The notes: generated by a model from the letters alone, not told the origin. 64,000 bases of DNA from Amoebidium appalachense (GCA_963693365.1 CAVNZM010000001.1:15300418-15364417), one strand, 5' to 3'. Counted from the first letter of the stretch, positions 1 through 29,039 are shown. A program made the numbers and translations.

Positions 1-19
1 GACCTGGAGGGGTGTGTGT

Positions 20-55
<36 letters not shown>

Positions 56-199
56 GGGCCGAGGGGGGTTGACGTGGGAGGATGTAGAGACCCCTGCACG
101 GTGAACAGATCTTAAATCGATAAGCCATATCTGAGAGCAGAGTTCGAGGGAGAATAAGTAACAGCAGAAAGGGAAGAAGGGGAAGGGGAACGCCTCGAG

Positions 200-366
<167 letters not shown>

Positions 367-1366
367 AATTTTGAGGAGAGAGATCTTCGGGGAGAGGTGG
401 TTGGGGGGGGGGGGGGGGGGGGTTAAGAAAAAAGAGAGTGAGAGAGAGTGTATGTGTGTGTGAGCCTTAGGGGATGGGGGGGGGGAGAGATAGAAAAGAA
501 GGGAGAGGCTCCGGAGAAAGCGAGGGGCATGAAAGAGAGAGTGAGAGATAGATAGAGAGAAGGGGGGGTGAGGAGAGAGAGAGAGAGTGTGTGTGTGTGT
601 GTGTGTGGTGTGAGAGAGTGAGCGAGAGGGGGTCTCAGAACAGGGGGGAGGGGGAGACACTGGCGGCGGGCGAGGGGCGGGGGATGTGTGGTGGTGGGGG
701 TGGGAGTGTACACCGCGTCAGGGGAGAAAGGTGGTGGGGCAGGGACTTAGATCTATAACTAAGAAGGCGAAGCCGGACACCGAGAGGATGACAAACACAG
801 AGTGCTGAGCAAAGTGTTATATTTCCATTACTTCTATTAACGACACGGAGACTATAGAGTAGGTTGTATCTTACACGTTAGAGCATGTTTCCATCGTCAA
901 TGATCGAGGCACTGGGCCGACTTAGAGACTCTCCATAGGTGTACACTACCTATAGATCATAGTAGTCGGCAGCGCCGAGTGGAACTTTTTCTGTGCATTA
1001 TAAAAAGAAAACACTACTGTCAGGCACTCCCATTCGTTCTGTGTTGAGAGTGCGAGGAACGAGTGTCGCCGTTGTGCAAGCTCAAGATCCTCCGGGCTCC
1101 GGCGAGTAGTGAAAGAAGTTATGAGTCGCTCAAGAAGCTTAGCTATTCAATTTCAAGTGGCCGATCGATCAATTAGAGTCGCGCTGAGGTCTATAAGGCT
1201 ATGCATTGTAGGGATTGGCCCATGAATACAGACACGATACATAAACGTAACCAAACATCGACACGATACATAAACCTACCAAACATCGTAAGTTTTAACT
1301 TTTAAAACTGTCATATATACGGGCCCATGGATTCTTCTACACTAACTTTCATCACTGTGCCACCAG

Positions 1367-7146
<5,780 letters not shown>

Positions 7147-8480
7147 TACCCCCCCCCCCCCCCCCCTCCCCCCTCCCTCCTCCTCCTCCTCCTCCCCCCT
7201 CCCCCCACCCCCTTCCCCTGCCCATCCACCCTCCCCCCCCCCCCCCAACCTCCCTCAACCCACTCACTCACCCACCCACCCACCCACGCGGGCGCCCAGC
7301 GGTTTTGTTTAGCGGTGTGTGAGGAGTTTTGGGTTGAATGCCAGGTTACACGTTTAAACTGGGAGTGATCCAAATGTTTTTTTTTTCTTTTTTTGCTTGT
7401 CGCCCACACTTGGGTCTCGTATTTATATAATGAACGGGTGCACTATTACTACATACCTACTTCTTTTAGTCAACAACAGAAAAGTTATAGCTGGTGGATG
7501 CACGTGTAGGCTCCTTAATGGTTAAGAGTCACTCTGGCAGATGTTGCTCTGGCCCACGCATAGAGTGGCGCACGTCTTTGAGGTGCACACACTTAAAAAA
7601 CTTCATGCACACACGTGCACACACGGGCATTGACACGTACGCACACGCATACACTTCAAACATACACGGACACATTGTAGAAAGACATGGACAAGCACAG
7701 AACTCTTAAAAGTACATGTCTTGCTCTACTTAGAGAACGTGTGCTCGTTATTGCTCTTTGACACTGTCAGGGCGAAAGGATATCGCTTCAGTACATTTTT
7801 TACAAATTTCTGAATGCACTGTTTGTAGTTATAGTGTTCAATAATGTGGGATGAATGATGCAGATTTGGCTAAGAAAGTTGTCCTGGTAGCCTCTGGATC
7901 AGTAAACGTGAGATCAACGAAAGCTGCAAAAAAAAAAAAAAAAAAAAAAAAAAAATAGAAAAGCAAGAAACTGACATGGTCCACTTTTTAATTTTTTAGC
8001 TATGGGTATCTTCTTATAGTTTTGATGTGGGATCATAGGATGGTCTACACGCCAAATAAATTAAATTATACCCACTTAAGAATTTTCCAAATAAAGGTTC
8101 TAAATTTTGAGATTGAGATCAACCAATTACTGACCAACTTTTAAATTACGTATATACATATATGTTCCCAAAGTCACCAATGTTCCAGTGTAGATGTTGA
8201 GAATGAGTACAGGCCAAGGGCACGGGGAGCCATCAGGAATCTTGAAAGGACGGAGGAAGGGGTGGGGAAAAGGGGGGGGGGGGGGGGGGGGGAGGGAAAG
8301 GAGGGGGGAGGGGATGAATCCAAATTCAGGTATGCAGTCGTTAAGTCACGGAATAACTGTCTAACATTAGGCCTCGGAGCGATTGAGTTGCCACTGAGGT
8401 AGAGTATACGTAATATTAGCACCGCATGTACGGTCTCGGTCACCCCTCCCCCCTCCCCCCTCCCCCCTTCCCCTCCGGAT

Positions 8481-8538
<58 letters not shown>

Positions 8539-8714
8539 TCCTCCCCCCCCCCTCTCCGAGGTCTCCCGCCGGCCTCAGGACCACTAATTATAAATTCAGA
8601 TCTGCCAGCTCGCGCAAATCTACCAAGTAAATAATTTGAGGCTTGCAGGACTCGGTCCGGCCACATACATGTATGTGGCCACAGGCAACGTTAACATGGC
8701 ACGTTTATGACGTG

Positions 8715-8833
8715 TTTCCATTTTCATCTTATATCCTGACGATAGCTTCGAATAAGAGTAGAGGAGATCAGGATTTCCATTTTCATCTTATATCCTCGAC
8801 GATAGCTTCGAATAATAAGAGTAGAGGAGATTA
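8715..8833. repeat. Near-perfect tandem duplication of about 58 bp
   Basis: TTTCCATTTTCATCTTATATCCT(C)GACGATAGCTTCGAATAA..GAGTAGAGGAGAT occurs at 8715 and again at 8774. Confidence 0.85.
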
Positions 8834-8891
8834 GAGAGAAGAAAGTCATCCAACGGCCCTGTTACTCTTCCATTCGTCATTTCTTGATGGT

Positions 8892-8964
8892 TGGACACAA
8901 TAGGACTTGAACCTATAATCTTCTGTATGCAAAACAGATGCTATACCAATTAAGCTATATGCCC
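8892..8964 (-). tRNA. trnA: tRNA-Ala(UGC), mitochondrial type (probably part of a NUMT)
   Basis: Minus strand reads GGGCATATAGCTTAATTGGTATAGCATCTGTTTTGCATACAGAAGATTATAGGTTCAAGTCCTATTGTGTCCA: full cloverleaf, anticodon TGC, G3:U70 alanine identity pair, A73 discriminator. AT-rich and next to nad1 fragments. Confidence 0.9.
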
Positions 8965-9104
8965 GTTACGTATCTCTGATTTTGTGCTTACTCAGGACCT
9001 TACTTGTCGTCTCATGACAAGAGCATAAGACTATTTAGATCTCTTTTTATAAGGAATCCCGATCGCGATACTAATTCACTTTCTGCTTCCACACAATCAA
9101 ATGG

Positions 9105-9373
9105 CCATGGTGCTCTAAATGCAAAATGTTTCTGCTAGTGATGATAATAAAGAACATTATTCCTGCTGGTAATAATGGGAATATATATATCATATTGATT
9201 GTTGAGCTGTTGCTCTAAATGCACTTAAGAAAGAAATCTACTATTACTTGCTCAAACAGAACAAATTATTACTCATCCTTCGAATGCTAACACTAGTATG
9301 AACTAATTGGTGCTAATAAGAAAATAATTTTATTTACATGATTAGGAATAATTGATTCCTTGGCTAATAATTT
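9105..9373 (-). pseudogene. nad1: Mitochondrial nad1 fragments (NUMT), internally deleted and frameshifted
   Basis: Minus-strand pieces translate as KLLAKESIIPNHVNKIIFLLAPISS, SFLSAFRATAQ, QSI(TGA=W)YI, FPLLPAGIMFF and SSLAET, which are colinear ND1 motifs. Confidence 0.8.
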
Positions 9374-10102
9374 ACCGCATTTGCAAATAGTTGTAACACT
9401 CCTCACACTCCCGCTGTTTGTGGTTCCACTCCTATCATTGATATGCCACTGTGGAACATCGTCATGGGGGGGCAGACATTGATGGCGTGTCCATGGCCCA
9501 TCGCCACGGGCAATGTACGTGCGGAATGACAATGGGTATGGGCACGGTTCAAATTTATTTCAGCATGGCTGGGAATCCGAGTGCTTTCTTATATGCACAC
9601 TTTGATGCCACCGGCTGTCTTCCATTGTCTTCGATATTCCTATTTTTTTAGTTGTTTTATTGTTCATACATTTTTGTGTACAAAAACGGTTCAAGTAAGT
9701 TGTGACCATTTCCGGCGCGTACAACTCAGCTCACCCGCACTGATACGTATATTTCGTGGCAGGTCAATCGCGCTGAGCCTTCAACGATTGGACTACGCAC
9801 TTAAGACTACAAAAAATACCTACCAGTCCGGTAGTTTACGATCTATTGAGGTTTGGCCGGAAGGTAGAGACAAACTCATCAAAATTCTTAGCTAACAAGC
9901 TGTTTTTTCTCAATGAAAGCCGTGAAGAAATATGGTCGGGTTTTTTGTTTTCCAGCTTGTACTAACCAAAGCCCATATATTTTTCAACCTGTTTCCTTCC
10001 CCAGTTTTATATTCCTTGCCAGCGTCATCTTGCGGGATCTGAGAAACGGACCCATCTCTGGACTTTCCAGATCTGGACCCAGCGAATGGACAAGGGGTCC
10101 AG

Positions 10103-10224
10103 TGACGTCACAGATCGGGTCACGTGACACCCAATCAGCGCCAGACACACATGGCTATTTTTACGTTCGCGCCGCCCGGTCTCTTTCTCTTTCCACAGCA
10201 TCGTGACGAGCGTCAACTAAGAAG
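10103..10224 (+). promoter_or_regulatory. Putative RPS19 promoter and non-coding first exon with a 5'TOP-like tract
   Basis: TGACGTCA (10103), GTCACGTGAC (10119), CCAAT (10131), pyrimidine tract CTCTTTCTCTTTCC (10181), candidate donor AAG|GTGATG at 10225; the acceptor TACAG ends directly before the ATG at 11088. Confidence 0.6.
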
Positions 10225-11087
10225 GTGATGAACCTTAGGAAAAACCGGAAAATAACTAGGGATTAGGAGCGATGGGGTGTGGATAAGGCGACGAAAAGGG
10301 GAATATACGAGCTGGAAGTCGTTGCAGGTGACCTCGCTAGTGGCGGCATACGTGGAGTTGCGCCAGCGGCGGAGTTGAATGCATACACGGCGTAGTTGTA
10401 ACACGCGTAGAGTAGGGTACAACTTTCCATCCATCACATGTTTGGAGGTTAGTCAGGTATGACGGGCCCATAAGGCACGTGTGTAAAAATATGAGAGGAT
10501 TACCAGCAGCGTGAGGGCTGGCGCCGGCGTGCAGGGGTACTGCACGATGGGCAGGGAGACAGGCTTTATACGGACATCCAGGACATCATCATTGTGGGGA
10601 TCGTTTTTATAGGGGTGGATGCAGCTATGAAGGGTGCACACAGAGGCCGTTGTTTTCAGATATTGCACGGAAGGTCGTTGCACACCAATTAATGTGCAGG
10701 CAGATCGGTTGGAGCGTTGCAAGCGAGGAAAGCAACTCCCATGAACTTTCTTTCTGCGGAAGTGCCTAGATGCGAACAGGCACACATCATAGCTGGAACA
10801 TTTTCAGGGCGAGCTCCAGTGTCTGAAACGCTCGCCCTTATCAAACTAGCAACTACATATTTTTTCTGTCTTTCTTACATCAATTACATTGTAGGCGATT
10901 TTACATCGGCTCTAGTGGTACACACATCCGGTCGAGTCTAGCACCTCACTTGTCTGGGAACCTGACGGTCACATCATGCCCAGCCAACGATTGGAGGGAC
11001 GTGTTTTTGGGTGGGACACCAACGAATACACGGGGAAACCGTCTTTCGCGCATGTTAATTTGGTTCTAATTTGTTGTTGCACTACAG

Positions 11088-14000
11088 ATGCCCGGCGTTA
11101 CGGTGAAGGACGTTAAACCGGCTGCCTTTGTGCAGGCCTATGCCGAGTTCCTTAAGCAGTCCGGCAAGATCGAGGTACGTGTATGTGTGTGTGAAGTATT
11201 ATGGTGCTCTAGCTGTTTGGTTTGGGTGTGCGTGTGAGTTCATCTGCATCTCGTGTCTCTGTTATTTGCGGGGGTTCTGTACACCCGATCTGGATGTTTG
11301 GTTTTGGGTCGTGTGTGTGTTTGTACGTATGGGTGCAAGTTTGGCAATAAGCTAGCTGCTGACTGCTGACATGAAAAGGTGGTTGTGGGAGGGAAATGTG
11401 GGTGGCGGTGGTGGTTGTGCAGGGGGGGGTGGGGGGATGAGGGCTCTGGAAGAGAGTAGTTCTGTATCTGTATGCCTACTGTGTCTGTGCTCTTTGCTGG
11501 GTCTGTGCTTTGAAAGGATGGAAGATGTTGCCTAAGGTGGACGATGGTGTAAGGGTTCTTCGGGCGAAGAAAAAAGGCTGCGCATGGTGCACAAGCGTGA
11601 AGCATGTGTCTAGCGGTGACCGACCCTACACACACTCATTCTCTCTAACACACCTGCAAACACACACGCAAATACATGCACCATGATGGTGGCAGCTATG
11701 TGTCAACATTTGTAGGTTCTGGGTCATAGATTTCAATGGATGAGTTGGGATCGCATAAACGATAGTGCAAGGACAGTTGAGAAAGACGATGTGATGCAAT
11801 ACTGAAGCATGGAAATAACGTGGATAAAAACTTTTGTAGTAGAACCAAGTTGAAAGACTGTGTACACGTGCCAGCACACATTTTCACACACATACATTGT
11901 TGAAGGTTGTGTTTGCGCACACACGGGCACCCATGTGAGTGGGCACGTATATGCCATTACACACACAAAGGCTGTGTACATGATGTGCCGCATTGCACCC
12001 TGCACACAAAGTTTATCCCTGCTCTCCCCGTACGTCCACTACCGATGTACCTTCCCGCTTTTTTTTCTCGCCATTTATTTGATTATCTTTCTCTGACCTT
12101 GGACTTTTTTGCGGGCGTGCACACACAGACACACACTTAATTGGGGTATATCCGCGCACCACGACGTGAACCACATATCTCTGACCGCGTTCTCTTTTTG
12201 CTGGGCACACACACACGCACCCAAGGGGACGGACCCATTAATAACTCGCATTTGTCACACTTCATGAAAACCATGTCTATTCGTATTTTCGCGCGTGCCG
12301 TCTATTCGTATTTTTGCGCGCGAGCGCACACACACACACACGCACACGTCCATTTTCGGATGGGATGGACCCACTCACATGTACAAAGCATGCCATTAAA
12401 GCCGCTTCTGACCATGTTTGCTTTTTTTTTCACACACACGTACGTATACAGACGCCCAAGTGGGTGGACTATGCCAAGACCGGCACGCACAAGGAGCTCG
12501 GCCCCTACGACCAGGACTGGTTCTACATCCGCGCCGCCGCCATTGCCCGCCACGTGTACGTGCGCTCCCCCGTGGGTGTGGGCGGCCTGAAGAAGGTCTT
12601 TGGTGGCCCCAAGAACCGCGGCACCGCCCCCTCCCGTGGCTGCGTTGGCTCGGGCTCCGTTGCCCGTGCCTGCCTGCAGCAGCTCGAGAAGCTCGGGATT
12701 GTTGAGAAGCACGCCAACGGGTACGAGCGCGTGTGTGTGTCTGTGTGGCCCCAAGGATGGGGATGGGGGTTGTGGGGGGGGGGGGTCTGTGGGGGAAGGC
12801 GGTGTGGAGGATGGCGGGGATATGGGAGAATGGGGTGGATGGGAGGGGGTGGATGGGGGTTGGTAGGTGTGCATGTACGTGGGTGTGGTGTCGGTTGGGA
12901 AGGGGATGATGTGTATGCCTTTGGTGGGGGGAGGGAGAGGGGTGTTTGGGGGTGGGGGAAAGGGAGGGAGAATATGTTGTTTTGATGTATAGTTTGTGAG
13001 AGGGGGGGGGGGGTGGATGGGGCAAATGCACGGCACCCCATGAGGTGGTGTCTCCCTCTTTCTTTGAGGGGGGGGTTTGTGGGAGGTTTTTTTTTTTGTT
13101 TGTTTTTTTGTTTTTTTTTTGTGGGAGGGGGGGGCGACAGGGAGGTAGGTGTTCCCGGGGTCCTAACTCAGGTGTGAGGTGGGACCGGATGCATGTGAAA
13201 GTGTTGTTTGTGCCAAGATGTGGTTTTTTGCTAGTGTAGTATATTTATGTGCAGGAAGCACGGCTGTGTTTTTCAGTGCATGCATGTGACAGTGCTTGTG
13301 TTTGCCCCCCCCCCCCCCCCCCCCCCCCGTGGATGACGTGGGCCCCCCCTGAGGATGGGCTCTGCTTATTATGCATACTCTTTATGTATGGCTTGCATTC
13401 TGCATCGTGTTATCCGTTTGTTCTTGTGTACTTCGTACTTTTTGACGCATTCAAAACCCCCCAACCTTAACGTCGTAGGCCTTTATATCCTCTCTGTCTC
13501 TCTCTCCCTTTCTCTTTCTCCCTCCCTCCCTCTCTCTCTCTCTCTTTGTGTGTGTGTGTGTGTGTGCTGCATATGCCTCGCCACACACATGCCCGGGTAA
13601 TGCCACCCTTCATGCCTTTTTATCTCTCACCGTGTGCACACCAAAACAATTTGGAGAAGCTCCGTAAATGCTTTTATAGGATGTAGCAACATCTGCTTTC
13701 ACAGCAGGCCGACATGCACTGCTTGTTGCTTTGTATGCACCTGTTCGGTTTGCTTGATCTGTTGTTTACTTGAAACTGTTGGTGTGTGAGTGTGTCATTT
13801 ATGAGCAGTCTGGTTCCATTGAAGGGGTGTGAGGGAACCAATAACACTTGGCTAACTGTCTTTCCCTTCCTCCTCCCCCTCTCCCCCGTTATGCTATTCT
13901 CAAACGCAACACACGTATGTGCACACACACACACACACGTGTGTGTGTGCCATCCTGTCCCACTTCTCTCTCTTGTGCAAACTACAAATTCCACTCATGC

Positions 14001-14198
14001 CCCTGCCCGATTCAACTGTCCCCTGCTTCCCGTGTCTCAATCTGCTTCCATGCACGTCATATGTACACACTCACTCACTCACTCACTCACTCACACATAT
14101 GCACAAACAGTGGCCGGATCATCTCCTCTGAGGGCCGCAGAGATCTGGACCGCATTGCCGGCCAGGTTGCCGCCGCCACCAAAGAGGCGTCCGAGTAA
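11088..14198 (+). CDS. RPS19: 40S ribosomal protein S19 (eS19)
   Basis: Exons 11088-11174 (MPGVTVKDVKPAAFVQAYAEFLKQSGKIE), 12452-12720 (TPKWVDYAKTGTHKELGPYDQDWFYIRAA...LQQLEKLGIVEKHANG) and 14111-14198 (GRIISSEGRRDLDRIAGQV...*); GT-AG boundaries with matching phases. Confidence 0.97.
13329..13456 (+). mobile_element. Poly(C)-embedded element, copy 3 (in an RPS19 intron)
   Basis: GTG GAT GAC GTG GGC CCC CCC TGA followed by a tail identical to copy 1; C-runs on both sides. Confidence 0.7.
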
Positions 14199-15114
14199 AG
14201 CCTGATAAGGGCATAGACTCTACCCTCTGATTGGTCCAGTAAATAGTCGAATGTCGCCTACTTACTCCTCTGTGTCCTGGTGGTCCCATGATGAGATAGA
14301 AATGCTGCTTGTTTGTGCGTCCACGTGCCGCTTGAGTTTTCTTGCAGCCTGTCGCGATGCTTATCTCCCTGGAATGAAATCGATCGAATTTAGAAACGGT
14401 TATTTTCCGCTTTCTAGACTTAGAAAAATTCTCTGTGATGATCGCTCGATTCCGCCGCTGCGCCAGCACGTTTCCCGGCGCTTTCGCCGGCGACTTTTCT
14501 CCCAGCGTTGCTTGCTCCTTGCTCTCTTCTCCGTAGTTTTTCTCGAACAAAAATAACCCTTCCCCATATGCAAGAGCCTTTCTTCATGTTATTATGGCTC
14601 CTAAGTTTTAGCTTGTCGCTGATGGGTGTGGAATGTGTTCAGAAGCCCTAGCTTTCCGTTCCCTTCCTTGCTCTGATCTTCCAACCCCGCATAGGCCCCT
14701 TTTCTGCATGGAGGTACTCTAAAGCACCCTAAAAGCCGTCTAAAAGCACATTGTTGAAGGAGTCCTTGTTTGCACCCTTTATCTCAAACTTCAACAGTGT
14801 GCATTGCACGGAAACTCTGATTGTAGGGGCCCCACTCTCCACACAGATCTGGCAAAGCGGTCTGCGCATGAGCTTGCAGATCTTTTCTACAAACGAACTC
14901 AGCCATTCAATACGTTTATATGAAGCCTGAACGAGGTTACAGGAGCCTCACAGATGCTGTTGCTTCACCTCAGTATGCGAGGTTTGTGGTGCTGCCAGAG
15001 TTGCGATGATGCAACAAAGTGACCTAGAAGTGATTCCCTAATCTGGGCTGCTCGGCCATCATACAAGCTCACATGCCAAGCCAGCCTAGTGGGCAATGAA
15101 CTAAAAAAAAAGGC

Positions 15115-15918
15115 CGGTTTGTGCCTCCCTTAATCAGTATGTTTGGATTGTCGTCTGCTGTTTGTCGTACGGAGGAATTGTCTCTTCGTTTTTGTTTTCA
15201 TTTAGTTAGGATACCTGATGGTCACCCTCTTTATGCTTTCTTTCCCCCCCCTCCCTCCATCCCTCTTCCCCCCCGATTCACCAACGCTACTTCTGAATGT
15301 CCTCAGCCTACCCTCTTTCAACCTGATTCTTCCTCTCGCTATCTCACTCCCTCTTTCTTTTCTCTTCCTGTACTTTTTCTGCCTTTTCGCGTTATTATAA
15401 TCCATACGCAGTATAAGTCTCTTTCTCGTTCTGATAGAGAAATCAAAGGTAAAACTCAGTCGGCATGTGTTATGTTCCTTAGTTAGGCAACACCGTACTG
15501 ATCATTATCGCTTTTTGGGAGCTTTGGCGGGATACATTTCTCCTGCTGTACGTATGGATACCACCCTAGTAGATAAGTCTGTATGGTGCTCTGATGTTGA
15601 TATTGCCTGGGAAGTTGTGCAGTGGCGTTGTAATTCTTGTTTTCATCGCCGCTGGTGCCACTTTTGTGCTGAATTTATGTTGATAGGTGTGAGTTTTTAT
15701 GTCGCGTTTTACCTCTTTCCCCACGGGTGTCTGCTACACTAGCTGGCAATGTGAACACTTTAGACTTTTTGTTGAATTCTGTTGGTCGTCACATTGAGTA
15801 TTTATATGATTTTCACACAGCGTTCAGGTATCTCAGTATGCACTTGTTACTGGATAACTCGTGAAGTTTTTATTGTCTTCTCAGTATGCCGTGCATACTT
15901 GCATATCTTTCCGTCGAA
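15115..15918 (+). mobile_element. 5'-truncated LINE 3' end (degenerate; C-terminal CCHC knuckle region)
   Basis: About 0.8 kb, highly similar to 35941-36748; encodes VQWRCNSCFHRRWCHFC. Confidence 0.75.
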
Positions 15919-16535
15919 AACTTGATATAAATGTAATAGGCTTTATAGCGATACCCTGCTTGTTTGGGTCTTCGGACGAGAACGTGTTCGAAAAATGAGA
16001 AAACCTCAGATTTTGCTCTAGAAACGGTAAAATCCGTTTCCAGCCCAAGGAGATAAGCACCAGAACACCGCACCCTTTTTTTTTTTTTTTTTTTTTGCTT
16101 GTTGTTGTTGTTGTTGTTGTTGTTGTTAACGTTGTTGTTGTTGTGCTGCATCGTCTATGCTCTACCGACCCTTCACTTTTCCACTGGCCGACGCATGATT
16201 ACCGTCCAAGGTCCAGGGGCCTGAACAACCCCTTTACTTAATTACTCGGTTGTAAACTTGTATTTCATATAGCACTCCTCATGAGTTAGCATGCTGCAAG
16301 CTCTTGTGCAAGACTTCAACTACTGGCCCTGCGTGCACTTCTGCATGTCTTTTGTCGCCAACGTGCAGTACTATTTCGCATAATAACAACCTCGAGCTCT
16401 GTTCAACAACGGCAACCCCGTCGGACTCCTCCCCTCTAAGATTAGTGTGTAAGTGTTCTGCTAAATCTGCATATATATGCACTGTAGCTGCCTTCGAAGA
16501 TGGTGACGCGAGCATGCAGTGTACCACACTTCGAT

Positions 16536-16616
<81 letters not shown>

Positions 16617-16624
16617 AAAAAAAC

Positions 16625-16663
<39 letters not shown>

Positions 16664-17165
16664 CTCTCTCTCTCTCTTTTACACACTTCAGGAAAAATGG
16701 ATGTGCATGTCGCCTCTTGGGTGTAACGTGATGTTGCTTCCGGCAAGTTGATGGTATCGCCGGGAAAAGATCCGTGGTTCCAGACTTGCCACATATGCAT
16801 GGCAGGCCTTTCCCGCCAAAATACCTCAACAGCCAATCAGATAATGGTATATCTAATAACGATAAAAATAAAATTCCAGCATTAGCTACGGTCTCGTCCT
16901 CGTCAAAGTTTGAGAGTGACTGGAGACGGTGGGAAGAAGTTGTTAAAACAGGTGTAACCCAAAGTAATGTCGCCTTTGCCGCTTCAAAGGAACCTCAAGT
17001 AGTCACGGAAGCGGGGTGCCGAGGGTTCTGTGACGGGGAACGCTGACTCATCGAAACACAGATCCTCCACTCCCTAAACGCTGGGACACAGATCTCGAGC
17101 TAGCATCAGCTGTGAATTAACTCAACCAAAACATAGGAAACACGAACTTGGGCGCAAACACAAGC

Positions 17166-26593
<9,428 letters not shown>

Positions 26594-26773
26594 AGCCAAA
26601 ACTCGGTCCTTTTTTCTGCCTTCAACTTTTTCTGGACGGCCACGTTTTCGAAGAACTTGATGGAGCTGGGGTTTTTTACGGCTGAGAATGTATCTAGTGT
26701 CAGTTTTCTTTTTCTTTACTTTTCATTTTCTTGTTTCTTTTTTTCCCTTTCGTTCTCTCTTTTCTTTCTTTCT

Positions 26774-26804
<31 letters not shown>

Positions 26805-27215
26805 GGCTTCCTGCATTTGCAAGCAATGTATGACACGGGTGAGAATTTAAGTTGGCTTTTTCCTTTTGTAAAAGAAGAAGAAATGTTTCATAGCTGCCTG
26901 ATTTTGGTCTTTTCAGTTTTTGTGTTTATGTAATGAATGCGATATCTTGTTATATGAATCAAAGCATGATGATTCTTGACCACCTAATATCATTATAATA
27001 TGCTAGCTATAGCAAGCTTCTTTAAGCAGCCCACATAAGGATAAACGAAATCGGTCAGGCAGTGTGATGAATCGTTGCACTCTAACTAACCGTCTGTACA
27101 TGAATACCCGTCAGGGTTAAGAAAAAGTATTCACCTCGTGAATTTTTATTTGAAATTCGCAACATAGCAAGGATTGTCGGGTTGCTTGTCCTAAGGCTTG
27201 TGTCCCCTCCCTTCC

Positions 27216-27299
<84 letters not shown>

Positions 27300-28229
27300 A
27301 CACACACCACACCTACTGACCATGATGAGTAAACAAAAAGGTCTCGTGATGAAAACAAAGTGGCAATGCAGCACACCCACAATCAATATAATATGATATG
27401 TACTTTGCAGTCATCGTATCCACCCGACTGCCCGAAACGTAAGCGCAAGAATGTTGTAGCAAATGCTTCGAATTCCGCCATGCATGCCATATGCATGCAT
27501 GTGTTCCGTTGATTTTTCCCGGGCCTGGCGCACGTTTGCATATGTACTTCGTCGGAAGTGTTCTGGCAACGGTCGTCCGGGGAACTTTCGCAGTAACAGC
27601 TTGAATTTGAATTTGTATTAGCTAGCATACAGGCTCAACTGGCTGCCTGGGAAGATTGTGCATTCCCCGGCACTGTTCATGTACACACGCACAGCGGGGT
27701 TCCCCCCAAAGGACGGAGCCTCGGGCCGGTTTGTACTAGTGCACTTCCATTGGATCAAAACATAAAATCATAATTAGCCTATAACGTTCTGACCTTTCTG
27801 AGTCAGACATAGAATACTGGCATATATGATATAGGCTAATAAGCAACAAAGTGTTCATCCCGGTAGCTCAGTGGCATGCCTCCAACACCATCATGCACGT
27901 ACCACGCTCACGGCCTTCCAGTTCAAAATCCAGAGGGCAAGACCCGCGGCTTCAAAGTTCTTGTAAAACAAATAGATATTGCGAGGCTTACTATGTATAT
28001 AGAAACAGCCTGGGCTGAGAACCGTACTACCGTGAGAACCGTCACGTAATAATGATAGGCAACCCAAACCGCGAACCAACGAGGTCATCGGGAGGTACTA
28101 AGAGTTGCAAGTGAATATGTTGTCATGAGCACGCGTTTGCAGAGAGGGGGAGGGAGGGGAGGTGGGGGAGGAAGGGGGGAGGAGGGTAAATGCGTGGGTG
28201 GGTGGGTGGGTGGGTGGGTTGGGTTGTTG

Positions 28230-28265
<36 letters not shown>

Positions 28266-29039
28266 CTCATAGTGTATGGGCCCGTCCCGCCGGGGTGGGC
28301 CGGCGCCCGTGGCACACACACGTCATACACACACACACACGCACAATTTATACAAATAAGGCCAGTGTCGTGTACACAGTACGTACAGAACGTTTCTATA
28401 TTTGGATTGACACGATGTTTTGATAGCAGGTGTGTGCGTCGATTTTGTTGAACAGGCAAATGACGACATTTTGGGAAAGCAAGCACAATCACCAATCGGA
28501 ATGATCCATGTGTTGACAACCCTAAATTTATAACTGGCCAATAGGGTGCCGCCTGCGTGCTGTTACTCAGTGCTGCTGTAGCTACGTAGTATAGTGACTA
28601 ACATAAGGTGCACGAATATCTCAGAAAAATTAAATGGTTTAGAATAATAAAGCATTATTTATATTTTTTGTGTATAACATTACAATGTGATTGCTTTTGT
28701 TCTAATGCAGCTTCATCGCGCGCTTGCTTGCTGCCCGACACGGCCCGCACAGCAGTCCTAGTATAAGATGCCCGCTTGCGTTGTCTAACACAGGGATAAC
28801 CAAATTTGGCAAGGTCATGTTTTACTATGGCGTCATCAGCAGTTAAATCCTTGTGTATATATTGGCCCATATATAAGAAGATATTAAAATAATGAAAAAT
28901 AATATCAAAACATCGCCAACCACAGTGGTTCGTAGAATCTGTGAGCCATGCAAAGCGTCTGAGTTGAGCTACTTCCTGGGAATTCACCGACCACAGAAAT
29001 GCTGTTGCATTCCACGAACTGACCGATCCGACGAGATTG

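Noticed and set aside
790-1310. Non-repetitive block with a short tandem duplication (1232-1288), possibly a solo LTR
   Set aside because: No second copy, clear termini or target-site duplication is visible.
8892-8964. Local tRNA-Ala as the retrotransposon primer or as a functional nuclear tRNA
   Set aside because: Its 5' end (GGGCATATAGCTTAA) does not match the PBS, and its context is mitochondrial.
10225-11810. Box C/D-like words in RPS19 introns (GTGATGA at 10225; TGGATGA..CTGA near 11737-11806)
   Set aside because: I could not establish a convincing terminal stem or an rRNA-complementary guide by eye.
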